Source: Raja brachyura (taxonomy: Eukaryota). Taken from it: a stretch of DNA of 64,000 nucleotides. This document shows positions 52,123-62,210 of this stretch, piece after piece. Made by a program: the position numbers and the translations under genes. Each line of letters opens with the position of its first letter. The first letter of the stretch is position 1. The stretch covers positions 45,880,001 through 45,944,000 of the forward strand of contig OY740788.1 in assembly GCA_963514005.1 (NCBI GenBank), given 5' to 3'. The notes under the pieces are model-generated. The model was not told the DNA's origin and ran no database searches. It saw only the letters and a list, made by a program, of their open reading frames with translations.

Positions 52123-53500
52123 AGAAAAACTATAATTATGAGATCAGGGAAGTTTCTGGTATGATATACAGTTCACTCCTGAATGTACTGGTATTATTGC
52201 TAATGTGCGTGAGTTTGGCCACCGATCCCACTTCCTCTCTCATACCAATAAACGGTTAGAAATTACCGTCGCAATAAGGTTATATATATTGTGATTATAA
52301 ATTGTAAAACCTGGATCCGTATGGCTTATTGTGAATTAGCTTTAATGAATTGTGATCTTATTTCCACATGTACAGGTAAGTATATTGAGCATTGTCACAG
52401 CTTATGTTCATATAGTTGTACAATAAAGAATAATACCTAACACCTACAGGTATTGTATAGTTGTGTCCTGATTTATGTACAGAAATGCTCATTTTAATGT
52501 TCCATGTGTTTTTTGAGCTTGAAGTTCTTTAGCACTAACTACATTTTTGAATGGTAGATAAATAAAGATTTTTGACTTCATGTTAATGAAAGTTAATCTC
52601 TCCCTTCTACCATGACCCAAAACAGAAGTCATTACAATCTTTTAAATTTGTGACATGGAAGTCCAATCTATTCTCTCCACATTATACTATTGTCATTAAT
52701 AGCACAAAATAGCTTTTGGGAAAGTTGTCTCAGGAATTATCAGTCATCTTTGAGGATGATAGTCCTCTTCCTTCCTTTTTGTGCTGTATGGGACTACAAA
52801 TACCCACCATTCACATTTTAAAATTTGTGTATAAAATAGTAAAGCTTACACATTAAATGGTATGATTTCCTGACCCTCTTGTAATCTCATGTACTGAATA
52901 GTTTACCAGATCTCCTGTATTTATTCCAGGACAGTATACCTGTAATGTGCATTGTAATTATTAGGCCTTTGCCAATTAAAGGATTTTTTTTCCTTTATAA
53001 CTAGTGATGTACAATGTAAAACCACTAGTACTGGTACATTTAATACATGTTTTGTACCAAATTAACCATGTAGGTTAATTGTGCAATTGTATTTTATGTT
53101 GTAATTATTGTAATATTAGCATTTGACCCCGTCTGCACTCTTGTGACAATTTGGAAAAGTAATCAAGCTCTGTCAATATACATGTTGTGATCTGATCGGC
53201 ACTGATTATCAGAAGGTAATCTAAATCTTTGAATGGTTGCATACAAATGCAAGAACATTAGGTTGAAGCTTTGGATTGTAAATACTCTGTAATGTAGCTT
53301 TCCTGTGGCGGTTGTGTTTCAGAATGACATTGATCTTGCTGCCTTAGAAGATGCTTGGACAGTTGTACTTGCCCCTCCCCTTTATGTTTATTGAGAGGAG
53401 TTCAGTGCAAGGTACATGGGTACGTTTTCAATGGTGCACAATATTAAAACAAATTTGAAATGACTTGAACATGGAGTAAGTTTTATTTCATTTTAACCTT
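52123..53500 (+). other. MARK1: MARK1 3' UTR (end uncertain); candidate polyA signals AATAAA at 52247, 52422, 52561 and ATTAAA at 53443
   Basis: AT-rich, free of recognisable repeats, rich in TGTA motifs; follows the stop codon. Confidence 0.6.
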
Positions 53501-53567
53501 TTCCTGGGAATTTTTCTTTGAATCATTGGATGTCAATGTAAAAAGATATTTATACTTTTACTTAGAA

Positions 53568-53740
53568 GCAAGGAACTGCAGATGCTAGTTTACGAAAAAA
53601 GACACACGGTGCTGAAGTATAGGTGCTGGATAGATACTTATCCATGTTCTTCAGAGATGCTGCCTGACCTGCCGAGTTACTCCAGCACTTTGTGTCCTTT
53701 TTCATCCTTTTATTTACATTTCCAGTTGCACATTCTTACA
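53568..53740. mobile_element. Penelope-terminus insert, partly palindromic
   Basis: aaggaactgcagatgctag...gatgctgcctgacctgccgagttactccagcactttgtgtc. Confidence 0.7.
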
Positions 53741-54474
53741 AAGAAGCTTGATTATTATATTATTAATACAGACCATATTGTCCAATTGGCTTATTGTTTA
53801 TTATGTAACTTACTTTGGTAAATTAATTTGTTTGTTTCAATATTTATTGATGTTTGAAATAATTGTGGTAAAAACAACTATTATGGCCGTATAGATAATT
53901 TTCTCAAGGCCTTGCCCTGATAGCCATAAAACCCCATGGCGACTGTGAATGGCTTTAGCTTACGCACTCACTGAGCTTCAGTGATAACAAAATGAGTCTT
54001 CCAGTTGTTGAATCTTGATTCATTTGCTTTTAATAAAGTAATACAAAGGAAAGACATAGTTCATCACACTCCGATCTCAATTGCTGTTCCATTATGTCAT
54101 AAACCCGTTTTAATCTGTTATCCATAGCTCAGCACATGGTTCAGAGCACAATAAAACTCAGTGCCTGTGTGGTAAAAAACTGTAAGACATCTCAGTCCCA
54201 CAAGGTTTAAACTGCAACTAATCTAAAAAGCCCCTAGCTCCACCGAAAGCCACACAACTTCACGTAAGCTTGCTGATCATAGCTAAATGGCTCCAACACC
54301 AACTAAGAAGACTAGTTCCTTCATATTAGTGATTCTTAAATAATAAGCTTACTTTGATAATTTCTATTAGTCATAGTAAATTTCAAAAATCAAAATCAAA
54401 TGATGGAAATATTCAACAGGCCACACAGCAACAGAATACACAAAGTGCTGGAGTAACTCAAGCACCATCTTGGA

Positions 54475-55085
54475 GTCAGAGTTATACAGCATGGAAACAA
54501 GCCCTTCGATTCAACTTGCCCACGCCAACCAACAGCCCCCATCTGCCCTAGACTCACCTGCCTGCATGTGACCCACATCCCTTTAAACCTATCCTATCCA
54601 TGTATCTGTCCCAATGATTCATAAATGTAACGATAGTACTTGCCTCAATTACCTTCTCTGGCAGCTTGTTCTATACTCCCTCCACCCTTTGTGTAAAAAA
54701 TAAAATTATCCCTCTGGTTTCTATTTAATCTTTTCCCCATCACCTTAAACCTATGTCCTCTGGTTCTTGATTTCCCCTACTCTAGGCAAAAGATTCTGAG
54801 TATTTACCTGATCTATTTTGCTCATAATTTCGAAGATCTCTATAAGATCTCTCCTCATCCTCCTGTGCACAAAGGAATAAGATCCTAGCCTGCTCAACCT
54901 CTCTCTATAGCTCAGGCTCTCAAGCCCTGGCAGCATCCTTGTAAATCTTCTCTCAACACCTTCCAGCTTGATAATGACCAAAGCTGAACACGGTACTCTA
55001 ATTGTCGTCTGACCAATGTTTTATACAACTGTAACATGACCTCCCAACTTATATACTCAATGCACTGACTGATCCAGGCCAATAT
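54475..55085 (-). mobile_element. CR1 LINE 3' fragment
   Basis: ORF 54751..54981 LEGVERRFTRMLPGLESLSYRERLSRLG. Confidence 0.85.
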
Positions 55086-57377
55086 TCAGAAAGCCTTTTC
55101 AGACTGATATGGTGGAGGGTGCAGAAGAAAGTTGGATGAGAGGAGGAGGAGGTGGATGTGTTTTTTTGTCAGCTTTACAACTCCTCCCTGAGGCAATGGA
55201 CAATGGGGACCCGACATGTGTGGGGGGGGGGGCGCCGTGACGGAGAGGGAGGAACAATGGGTGGGGGGGGGGGAATGACCGTTGTAAAGTAGGGGGGAGG
55301 GGGGAAGAACAAAGGGAGAATTTGAGTGGGGAGGGGGATTTGTAACTTTGTAAGCGCCCTTCATGGACGACTATTGCATACCTTAACATGGTATGCAAGC
55401 AAAAAATTTCACCATGACTTCTCACATGCGACAATAAATTTTTCATTCATTTTTTCATTTATTTCAGATGAATTGGTAAAGATGTAAAGAACTTTATAGG
55501 CAGATGCAAGAAAGAACTATTAACAAAAAGTGTTCTGAGGAGCAATTTGCAGACAAACACTAGCTGGATAATGGATATCTGGCTGTGGTGCAAGAAGGTA
55601 AATGGATAAAGGATGGATGTAGATAGAGCAAGCAGAGGAAGTTCTTGGAGGTGTCAGTGTGACATGGTGGGTTAATGAGTAGAGTTGCTATTGCACAGCA
55701 CCAGAGATGAGAGCTGGATCCTGATATTTCCTATGTCCCAACAAAAGGCGTGCTGGTTGTCAGGTTAATTAAATAGGTTTAAATTGCCACTAGCACAGGC
55801 ATAGCAGGAAAGTGGGAGGTTAGGGGAAGGGTTTGGCCTGGGCTTGATGGAGGTGCAAGAGGAAATGTAGGATTAATATAAATGTGTGTTGGATAATCAG
55901 TACAAAGGTGTTGGTTTGAACAACTTGTTTCTGTTGCGAATGACAGCTAAGGGTGGGTAAATTGCAGTTAGGGAAGCTAATTTACTATCTTAACTGGTTG
56001 GTAGTAGAACGGGGTTTATGCAAACAGGTGAGTAGCAAGTAAATTATGGACAACTGGTGGGTGTGCAGGGATTTGGTGCCAATTGATGGCCACAGCCTAA
56101 AGCAGAGAGAGATGTTGGGTGGACAGTCTAGCACTGTGGTGGCTACCAGTTGGATATTGGGGGGGGGGGAGGGGGGAGTGGTGCTATCTGACTATGTTTT
56201 AGGGCATGACCAGCTGTTGGGTAATCAAGATGGGAATTAAAAATAACTTTGGAGCTGTGCATTGAGAATGTTAGTGGTTTGTGGCATAATGCTGAGATTC
56301 GTAGAACAATAAGGGGCAGATTGAGGAATGTGATGTAGTCCAAGAGGAGAGGTAGATAAGAATTGAGGAGGTGTTCTGGACCAGCAGAGTTGCCAGACCT
56401 GGTAGGCAGGCCCTGTTTTTTCCCCTAGAGTCAAGCTGGCCTTCAGCTCCTGGATGATGGAGCAAAACACCAGAGCCAGAGGATGATGATCTCTTGCTCC
56501 CTTCATTGGCTGCCTTAATGAACATATCAAATCAAAATAAGCAATGGGATCCACTTTTTGCACTCTTTCTCCCTGCTAGGTCCTCTCATAAATTATGGGA
56601 GCATTCCCAATCTCATTGTAAACACTGGGACTGTAACTGTAACACTATAAAGCTGTAACACCATATTTATCAATGTTACAAAACTTACCTTCAGCAGCGT
56701 TGCAGTTCTGCCACTGGCCGTGTGTGCGATTTTGGCGCCTTTGAAGGGGGGGGGGGGCTGGATTAAAATGCCGTTTTCTCCTGCCTGTCAGAGGCGGACT
56801 TCCTCGAGCTGCCAGCTGCTGAAGAAAAATCGATCCGACTTACATTCCCGATTTTTTTTTGATTTTTTTAAATAATCGCGAGATAATTTAATAATTATAT
56901 TAAAATAAAATGTGACTTATAACGCCCTCAACACCTACAACGTGAAGGATCACATGAACGGGACAAAACAACGGGTAAGTTGTTTATTGTACATATAAAC
57001 CTGCTTCTTGGGATGGCTTTAATCAAATTTTACATTGCAAAAATGTGATTTGGGCCCCATACGAACCGGCAGTGTTTTTCCTGCCGACATAGGGTTCGCA
57101 TTCACCGCAAATGCAACATTCCAATCGATCCCGTTCCAGAAAAACCCACTCGCATGATGATTTAAATGCTCTTTTTTTTGAACAATCACGTCATAAGAGA
57201 ATCTAAATCGATTATATTTTGTGTTATTGTCTACCCATAGTCAATATTTTTATACTAAATATCAGTTTTAGTCCAATGTAAAAAAATTTAAATTTTGATT
57301 ATATTGAGTGGATGTTTCTAGATTAATTTATGGGAATTAAACATCAAATTCCATCTGACATATGAATTCATGACAGT

Positions 57378-57574
57378 TTGACGGTCGCAAGAATGACAAC
57401 TAAGTTTTGTAACTTTTATTCTAAAAATAGCTTAACTCACAGGTTCTTACAACATGTCTGACCACAATGTTGGTCAGCACTCAACTGCCGAGTGAAAGCA
57501 AAACCGCGTGAAAATCCAGCAGCCCCTCCCGAGTCCGGGTTAGAAACCTCCATGCGCCAGCAGGCGTCGCTATA
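57378..57574 (-). repeat. 3' LTR of the Gypsy element; PPT immediately adjacent (about 57575-57590)
   Basis: Similar to 60381-60621; minus-strand gattctggggggggca polypurine tract. Confidence 0.8.
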
Positions 57575-60367
57575 TGCCCCCCCCAGAATCCACGGTAAGG
57601 AAATGCACAGGTGCCCGGACGATTCGGCCGTAACGCATAGTCTGAGGTCGCGGGGCAAATGTAACAATAGGGGCCGGCAAAACAGAACCGGTGGGGTGCG
57701 ACAAATGCGAATGAGGGACGGGCGTAACAGAGGGGACCGGTGAAACATAACCGGGGTAACAGGTGCAGAGGGCGGCAAAACGGCCGGTGGACGTCCTCTA
57801 CGCTGCGGAGTGGCCACCGCCACCGGGCTATCCTCGTCGACGTGTGCTGGCTTAAGGCGGTTGATGGAGACGAACTCCTTGCCGCCCATATCCAACGTGA
57901 ACGGCGAGGTACCAGTCCTCAGCACCCTGTACAGACCTGGCGAGTGGTGAGCACCCCAACGAAGGAAAACATAAGCATAATCCCATAACATAGTAGGCAC
58001 ATGCACCGCGGACGACCCGTGTCGGGCTTTCAAAGCTGACTTGAGGTGTCTGTGGAAACGCTCAAACAATCCGTTTGACTCTGGATGATACGCAGTGGTC
58101 TGGTGCAACTTCGCACCATACACCTACGCCATACCACTCCACAGGGAGGACGTGATCGGTAGCCCCTTGATCGGTAGATCTGAAGGGACCCCGAAACGAG
58201 CGATCCAATGTGAGACAATAGCCGTGCACAAGCCTCAGCGGAGGTATCAGTTAACGGTATTGCCTCCGCCCACCTGGTGAACCTGTCCATTATAGTGAGT
58301 AAGTGAGTAGCCCCATGCGAACACGGCAAGGGACCTACCAGGTCAACATGAATGTGCAGGAACCTGTTCCAATGTGTCTGGAACAGCGAAATCCTGCACG
58401 GGCGGGCGCACATCCTCTGAACCTTAGAAGTCTGACAGATGATACAAGAACGGGCCCATGCTGCGACCTGCTTTCGTAACCTGTGCCAGATGAACTTGGC
58501 CACAACCAGGCCAGAGGTGGCGCGAATGGACAGGTGAGCTAGGCTGTGGATGGTGTCGAAAATCCGACGCCTCCAGGCAATCGGGTCAATACGGCGGGCT
58601 TTGCCCGTGGAGACATCGCAAAGTACCCGCACGCCGGTGGCGTCGCAGGACACCTTGCTCAATTTAAGGCCCGACTCAGCATTGTGGTAAACCTCCATGC
58701 CGGCATCAGCCTGCTGGGCAGCGGCCAGCTCCTCATAAACCACCCCTAGGCTTAAAGCGGAAACCTCAGGGACTGCCGGACGGGACAGCGTGTCAGCCAC
58801 AACGTTCAGCTTTCCGCCACATGCCGACTATCAGATGTGAATTCGGATATGTAGGCGAGGTGCCTCTGTTGCCTGGCGGACCAGGGATCGGACACCTTGG
58901 TCAAAGTGAGCGTGAGTGACTTGTGGTCCGTGAATGAGGTGAACGCGCGCCCCTCCAGGAAATAACGGTAATGGCAGATCGCTAGGTAAAGCTCGAGGAG
59001 TTCCCGATCAAAAGTGCTGTACTTGATCTCGAGGGCAAGCAGCTGCCTGCTGAAAAATGCCAGCGGCACCCAGCAGCTTCCTACCCATTGTTCGAGGACA
59101 GCACCCACCGCGACATCAGGTGCGTCCACGGTTAGGGCCGACGCCCTAAGGTGAACTACCATAATGGCATTGGCCAACGCTGTCTTAGCCCCCTCGAAAG
59201 CCATCTCAGCCTCCTTGGACCAGACCAGGTCCTTAGTCTTACCCGCCAGACACTGGTACAACAGCTGCATGATGGCGGCTGCTGACGGGACGAATCAATG
59301 GTAGAAATTTACCATTCTGATAAATGTTTGCAGGTCCTTGACGGATAGTGGCCTCGGGAAGCGACGGATAGCGTCGACCTTCTCGGGCAGTGGCTGTGCG
59401 CCGTGGCAGGTAATGCTGTGACCCAAAAAGGAAATGGAACGCAATCCGAACTGGCACTTCGCGGGGTTGATCACCAACCCATGTTTGCGCAGCCGTTCGA
59501 AGTGCAGGCGGAGGTGCCTAACTTGCTCTGTCTACGAGCTGCTGGCCACCAGAACATCATCGAGGTGGATGAATATGAAGGGCAAACCCCGACCGACCTG
59601 ATCCATTAGCCTCTGGAATGCCCGAGCAGCGTTCTTCAGGCCAAAAGGCATTCTGAGCAATTCGAAAAGGCCGAAAGGGGTGATGGTGGCCGTCTTAGGG
59701 ATGTCGTCGGGATGGACCGGAATTTGACTATACCCGCGAATGTGGTCGACCTTTGAGAAGAAAGTTGCGCCCTCCAAATGAGCCGAGAAATCCTTGATCT
59801 TCGGGACTGGGTACCGTTTTGCCGTGGTTACGGCGTTAAGACACCTGTAATCACCGCAAGGTCTCCAACCCCTGGCCGCTTTGGGTACCATGTGCAGTGG
59901 GGAAGCCTAAGGGCGAACCATCAGGCGAACTTCGTCGGGCATCTGCTCTAAGAACGCCTGTTGGTGGTGCCCGTACATCAGGGCTAACATCTTTGCCATG
60001 ATGGTGGATGGCCGACGCTGTCCATATGTAGAATCTTCGACGCCCTGCCTCTGCGACTGAGACTGAAGGTGTGGAGCAGGAGGGCCTTCAGACCTTCATA
60101 CTTGGCGATCGTTGGCGGGTCCCTGTTGTAAGGCAACAGCCTTGAGGCACAGTCCTGTGGCAGAGCTCCTACCTCATGGAAATACATGGTGTCATCCGCA
60201 ATAATGCGGTGCAGGTGAAACTGTGCCTCTACGTGGGCGAACCACACCTGAGGTTGATCCGGCCAAAATGAGGGTAGTTTGAAGCCCCGTGAGCCCTGCC
60301 TTATGCCGGTTGATTCTGCGGGAATCAACCTGCATGATCTTTTGCTTGTCTAACGACGGCTAGACAG

Positions 60368-60380
60368 GTCGGGGTCACCA
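60368..60380 (-). promoter_or_regulatory. Primer binding site, tRNA-Trp
   Basis: Minus strand TGGTGACCCCGAC is complementary to the vertebrate tRNA-Trp 3' end (GTCGGGGTCACCA). Confidence 0.8.
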
Positions 60381-60621
60381 ATTTGGCTAAGTTTTGTAAC
60401 TTATTTTAAAACTTAACTAAGTTTTGTAACTTATTTTATTCTCAAAATAGCTTCTTAGCTCACAGGTTCTTACAACATGTCTGACCCAACGGTGGTCAGC
60501 ACTCAACTGTTGCGCGAAACCGAAACCGAAACCTAACCCTAAACCGTGCGGAAAACCAGCACGTGACCGCGGCTTCCGAATGCCGGGTTCGATACCTGCG
60601 TGCGCCAGCAGGTTCCCTACA
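60381..60621 (-). repeat. 5' LTR of the Gypsy element
   Basis: Starts TGTAG on the minus strand; shares ctcacaggttcttacaacatgtctgacc with the other LTR. Confidence 0.85.
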
Positions 60622-60734
60622 ACAGTGAGATTTTAAAAGCATGTTATATTGTGAATTCTTGTGTGAATGGGAATAGTTTGTTATTTGGATACTTAGGCTA
60701 TTTTTTTAAAATATCCTTTTCTTAAGAAATGAAA

Positions 60735-60952
60735 TCTACAGGACATTCTTAATGGGAGTGAGCTGAAAGGAGTGGTTTGAAGAGCTAAAAGTTGTAGTTT
60801 ACAATGCCAAAATTGAAAAGTTGAGGAAAAACAAGGAGTACAGAGTTGCTTATTGGTTACAATCTGAGGAGTATGATGATGCTACTGATTATGATATGCC
60901 AATGTACCAGCTATCAACTGATCTTCTCCATAAAGACTTGGTCTATTGCTAG
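60735..60952 (+). pseudogene. Coding remnant inside the DNA transposon, probably a transposase C-terminus with Spin/Tudor-like pattern
   Basis: Open frame 60773-60952 WFEELKVVVYNAKIEKLRKNKEYRVAYWLQSEEYDDATDYDMPMYQLSTDLLHKDLVYC*, preceded out of frame by LQDILNGSELKG. Confidence 0.6.
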
Positions 60953-61604
60953 AAATTGTAATTTATTTACCTATCGGTTACGGACTTACAGCATATAATA
61001 CAATAATATTAAAGTTCTGATCTTGAGAATATCACATTTTTTAATTTTCAAGGCAGTCTGGGTGTTTATTACTATTTACGTCATAGCGGTCAATTTTGTA
61101 ATTGACTACAATTAGGTAATTAACTAATTATATGTTTTAATTTCAGGTCATCCAAGTAAGATGTTCTATATTTGTTTCGGAATGCTTCAATCTATAATAA
61201 CTGAAAATTTCATTCAGTTCTCTTAATGTTTAATAAAATTTTGGGCTTTTGACTGTCCTCGATCACAGCTTTTGTGTTAATGCAAAAGCAATAGGGAACA
61301 AGATGCAAATTTCCGAGTATGAAAACGGCCATAACTTTTTTTAATACTGAAGATATGAAAGTGAATTAGGTGTCAAATTAAACTTATTTTTATGCTTTAT
61401 CTGGTGGGATAAATTGCAGACTTGATTTTTTATATCTCAAAATGTTGTAACATTGCTACCATATTCCTCACTCTTTTTTCTTTGCACTATCCGTTGTGCT
61501 TGAGTATGACTTGATTGTACTCTAATGCAGAGGATGATTTGGGTGTATAGCACCATACGATTTTCACTGCAGCTGGGACGTGTAACAATAATAAACCAAT
61601 GCCA

Positions 61605-61859
61605 CAAAATGCTGGCGTAAACTATGCGGGACAGGCAGGCAGCATTTCTGGAGAGAAGGAATGGGTGGCGTATCGGGTCGAGACCCTTCTTCAGACTGGA
61701 CGACCCGAAACGTCACCCATTCCTCCCCTCCAGAGATGCTGCCTAACCCGCTGTTACTCCAGCATTTTGCGTCTATCGTCGATTTAAACCTTCATCTGCA
61801 GCAAAGATTATAGAGTGGCTCCGCTCTATGATCTTTGCTCTGCAGTTCCTTCCTACACG
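61605..61859. mobile_element. Palindromic Penelope-terminus insert with 13-bp TSD
   Basis: TAAACCAATGCCA at 61592-61604 and 61860-61872; inverted arms centred near 61700. Confidence 0.85.
61802..61837. mobile_element. 36-bp palindromic micro-MITE (CAAAGAT...ATCTTTG)
   Basis: 17-bp arms with 2 mismatches; flanks ATCTGCAG / CTCTGCAG. Confidence 0.75.
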
Positions 61860-62080
61860 TAAACCAATGCCATCTATGTGATGCAAGCGTCAGCAGCAGC
61901 AAGTGACCAATCCAAGGTGGCACCAATTGCAGCGTTTGTTACTCCGAGAAGAGAAGACAAAACCAATGACATCGCTGATTATCTGAACACGCCCACATCA
62001 TAGAGCCAATCGAGCCCTAGGTTAGTGGGAGGCGATGCCTGAGGAAGCGGTACAGGAGGGGCGGCTGCGAGGAGGTGAGT
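61860..62080 (+). promoter_or_regulatory. Putative promoter and first exon of a downstream gene
   Basis: Five CCAAT boxes (61864, 61907, 61923, 61963, 62006), CpG enrichment, strong donor GAG|GTGAGT at 62074/62075. Confidence 0.5.
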
Positions 62081-62108
62081 GGCTTAGCGGGACTTCTGCA
62101 GTTGCTGC

Positions 62109-62134
62109 CAAAGATCCTCTAGCAAGGTTCTTTG
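62109..62134. mobile_element. 26-bp palindromic micro-MITE (CAAAGATCCT...AGGTTCTTTG)
   Basis: Perfect 8-bp direct repeat GTTGCTGC at 62101-62108 and 62135-62142. Confidence 0.8.
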
Positions 62135-62149
62135 GTTGCTGCCTGCACT

Positions 62150-62210
62150 GGGGTGGGGGTGGGGGTGGGGGTGGGGGGGGGGGGGTGGGGTGGGGTGGGG
62201 GTGGGGGTGG
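62150..62210 (+). repeat. (GGGGGT)n G-rich simple repeat, G-quadruplex potential
   Basis: About ten G-runs of 4 or more separated by single T. Confidence 0.85.

Larger units (their letters stand above)
57378..60621 (-). mobile_element. Gypsy/Ty3 LTR retrotransposon, internally deleted and frameshifted (gag N-terminus, RT, RNase H, integrase)
   Basis: gag KLPSFWPDQPQVWF (59984..60328); RT WRPCGDYR...MPFGLKNA...HLDD (59532..59891); RNase H (58806..59270); integrase H-C zinc finger, HVDLVGPLP, TTAYHPESNG (57437..58800); TSD ACAGT at 57373 and 60622. Confidence 0.95.
56668..61458 (+). mobile_element. DNA transposon (same family as 2833-3865), TSD CCATATT, interrupted by a Gypsy element
   Basis: tatcaatgttacaaaa ... 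ttgtaacattgcta; CCATATT at 56661-56667 and 61459-61465; long reverse-complement similarity to 2833-3865. Confidence 0.88.

Noticed and set aside
57399-57413. LTR motif aagttttgtaac resembling the host transposon TIR
   Set aside because: Short AT-rich match; the insertion site is far from the TIR; likely coincidence.
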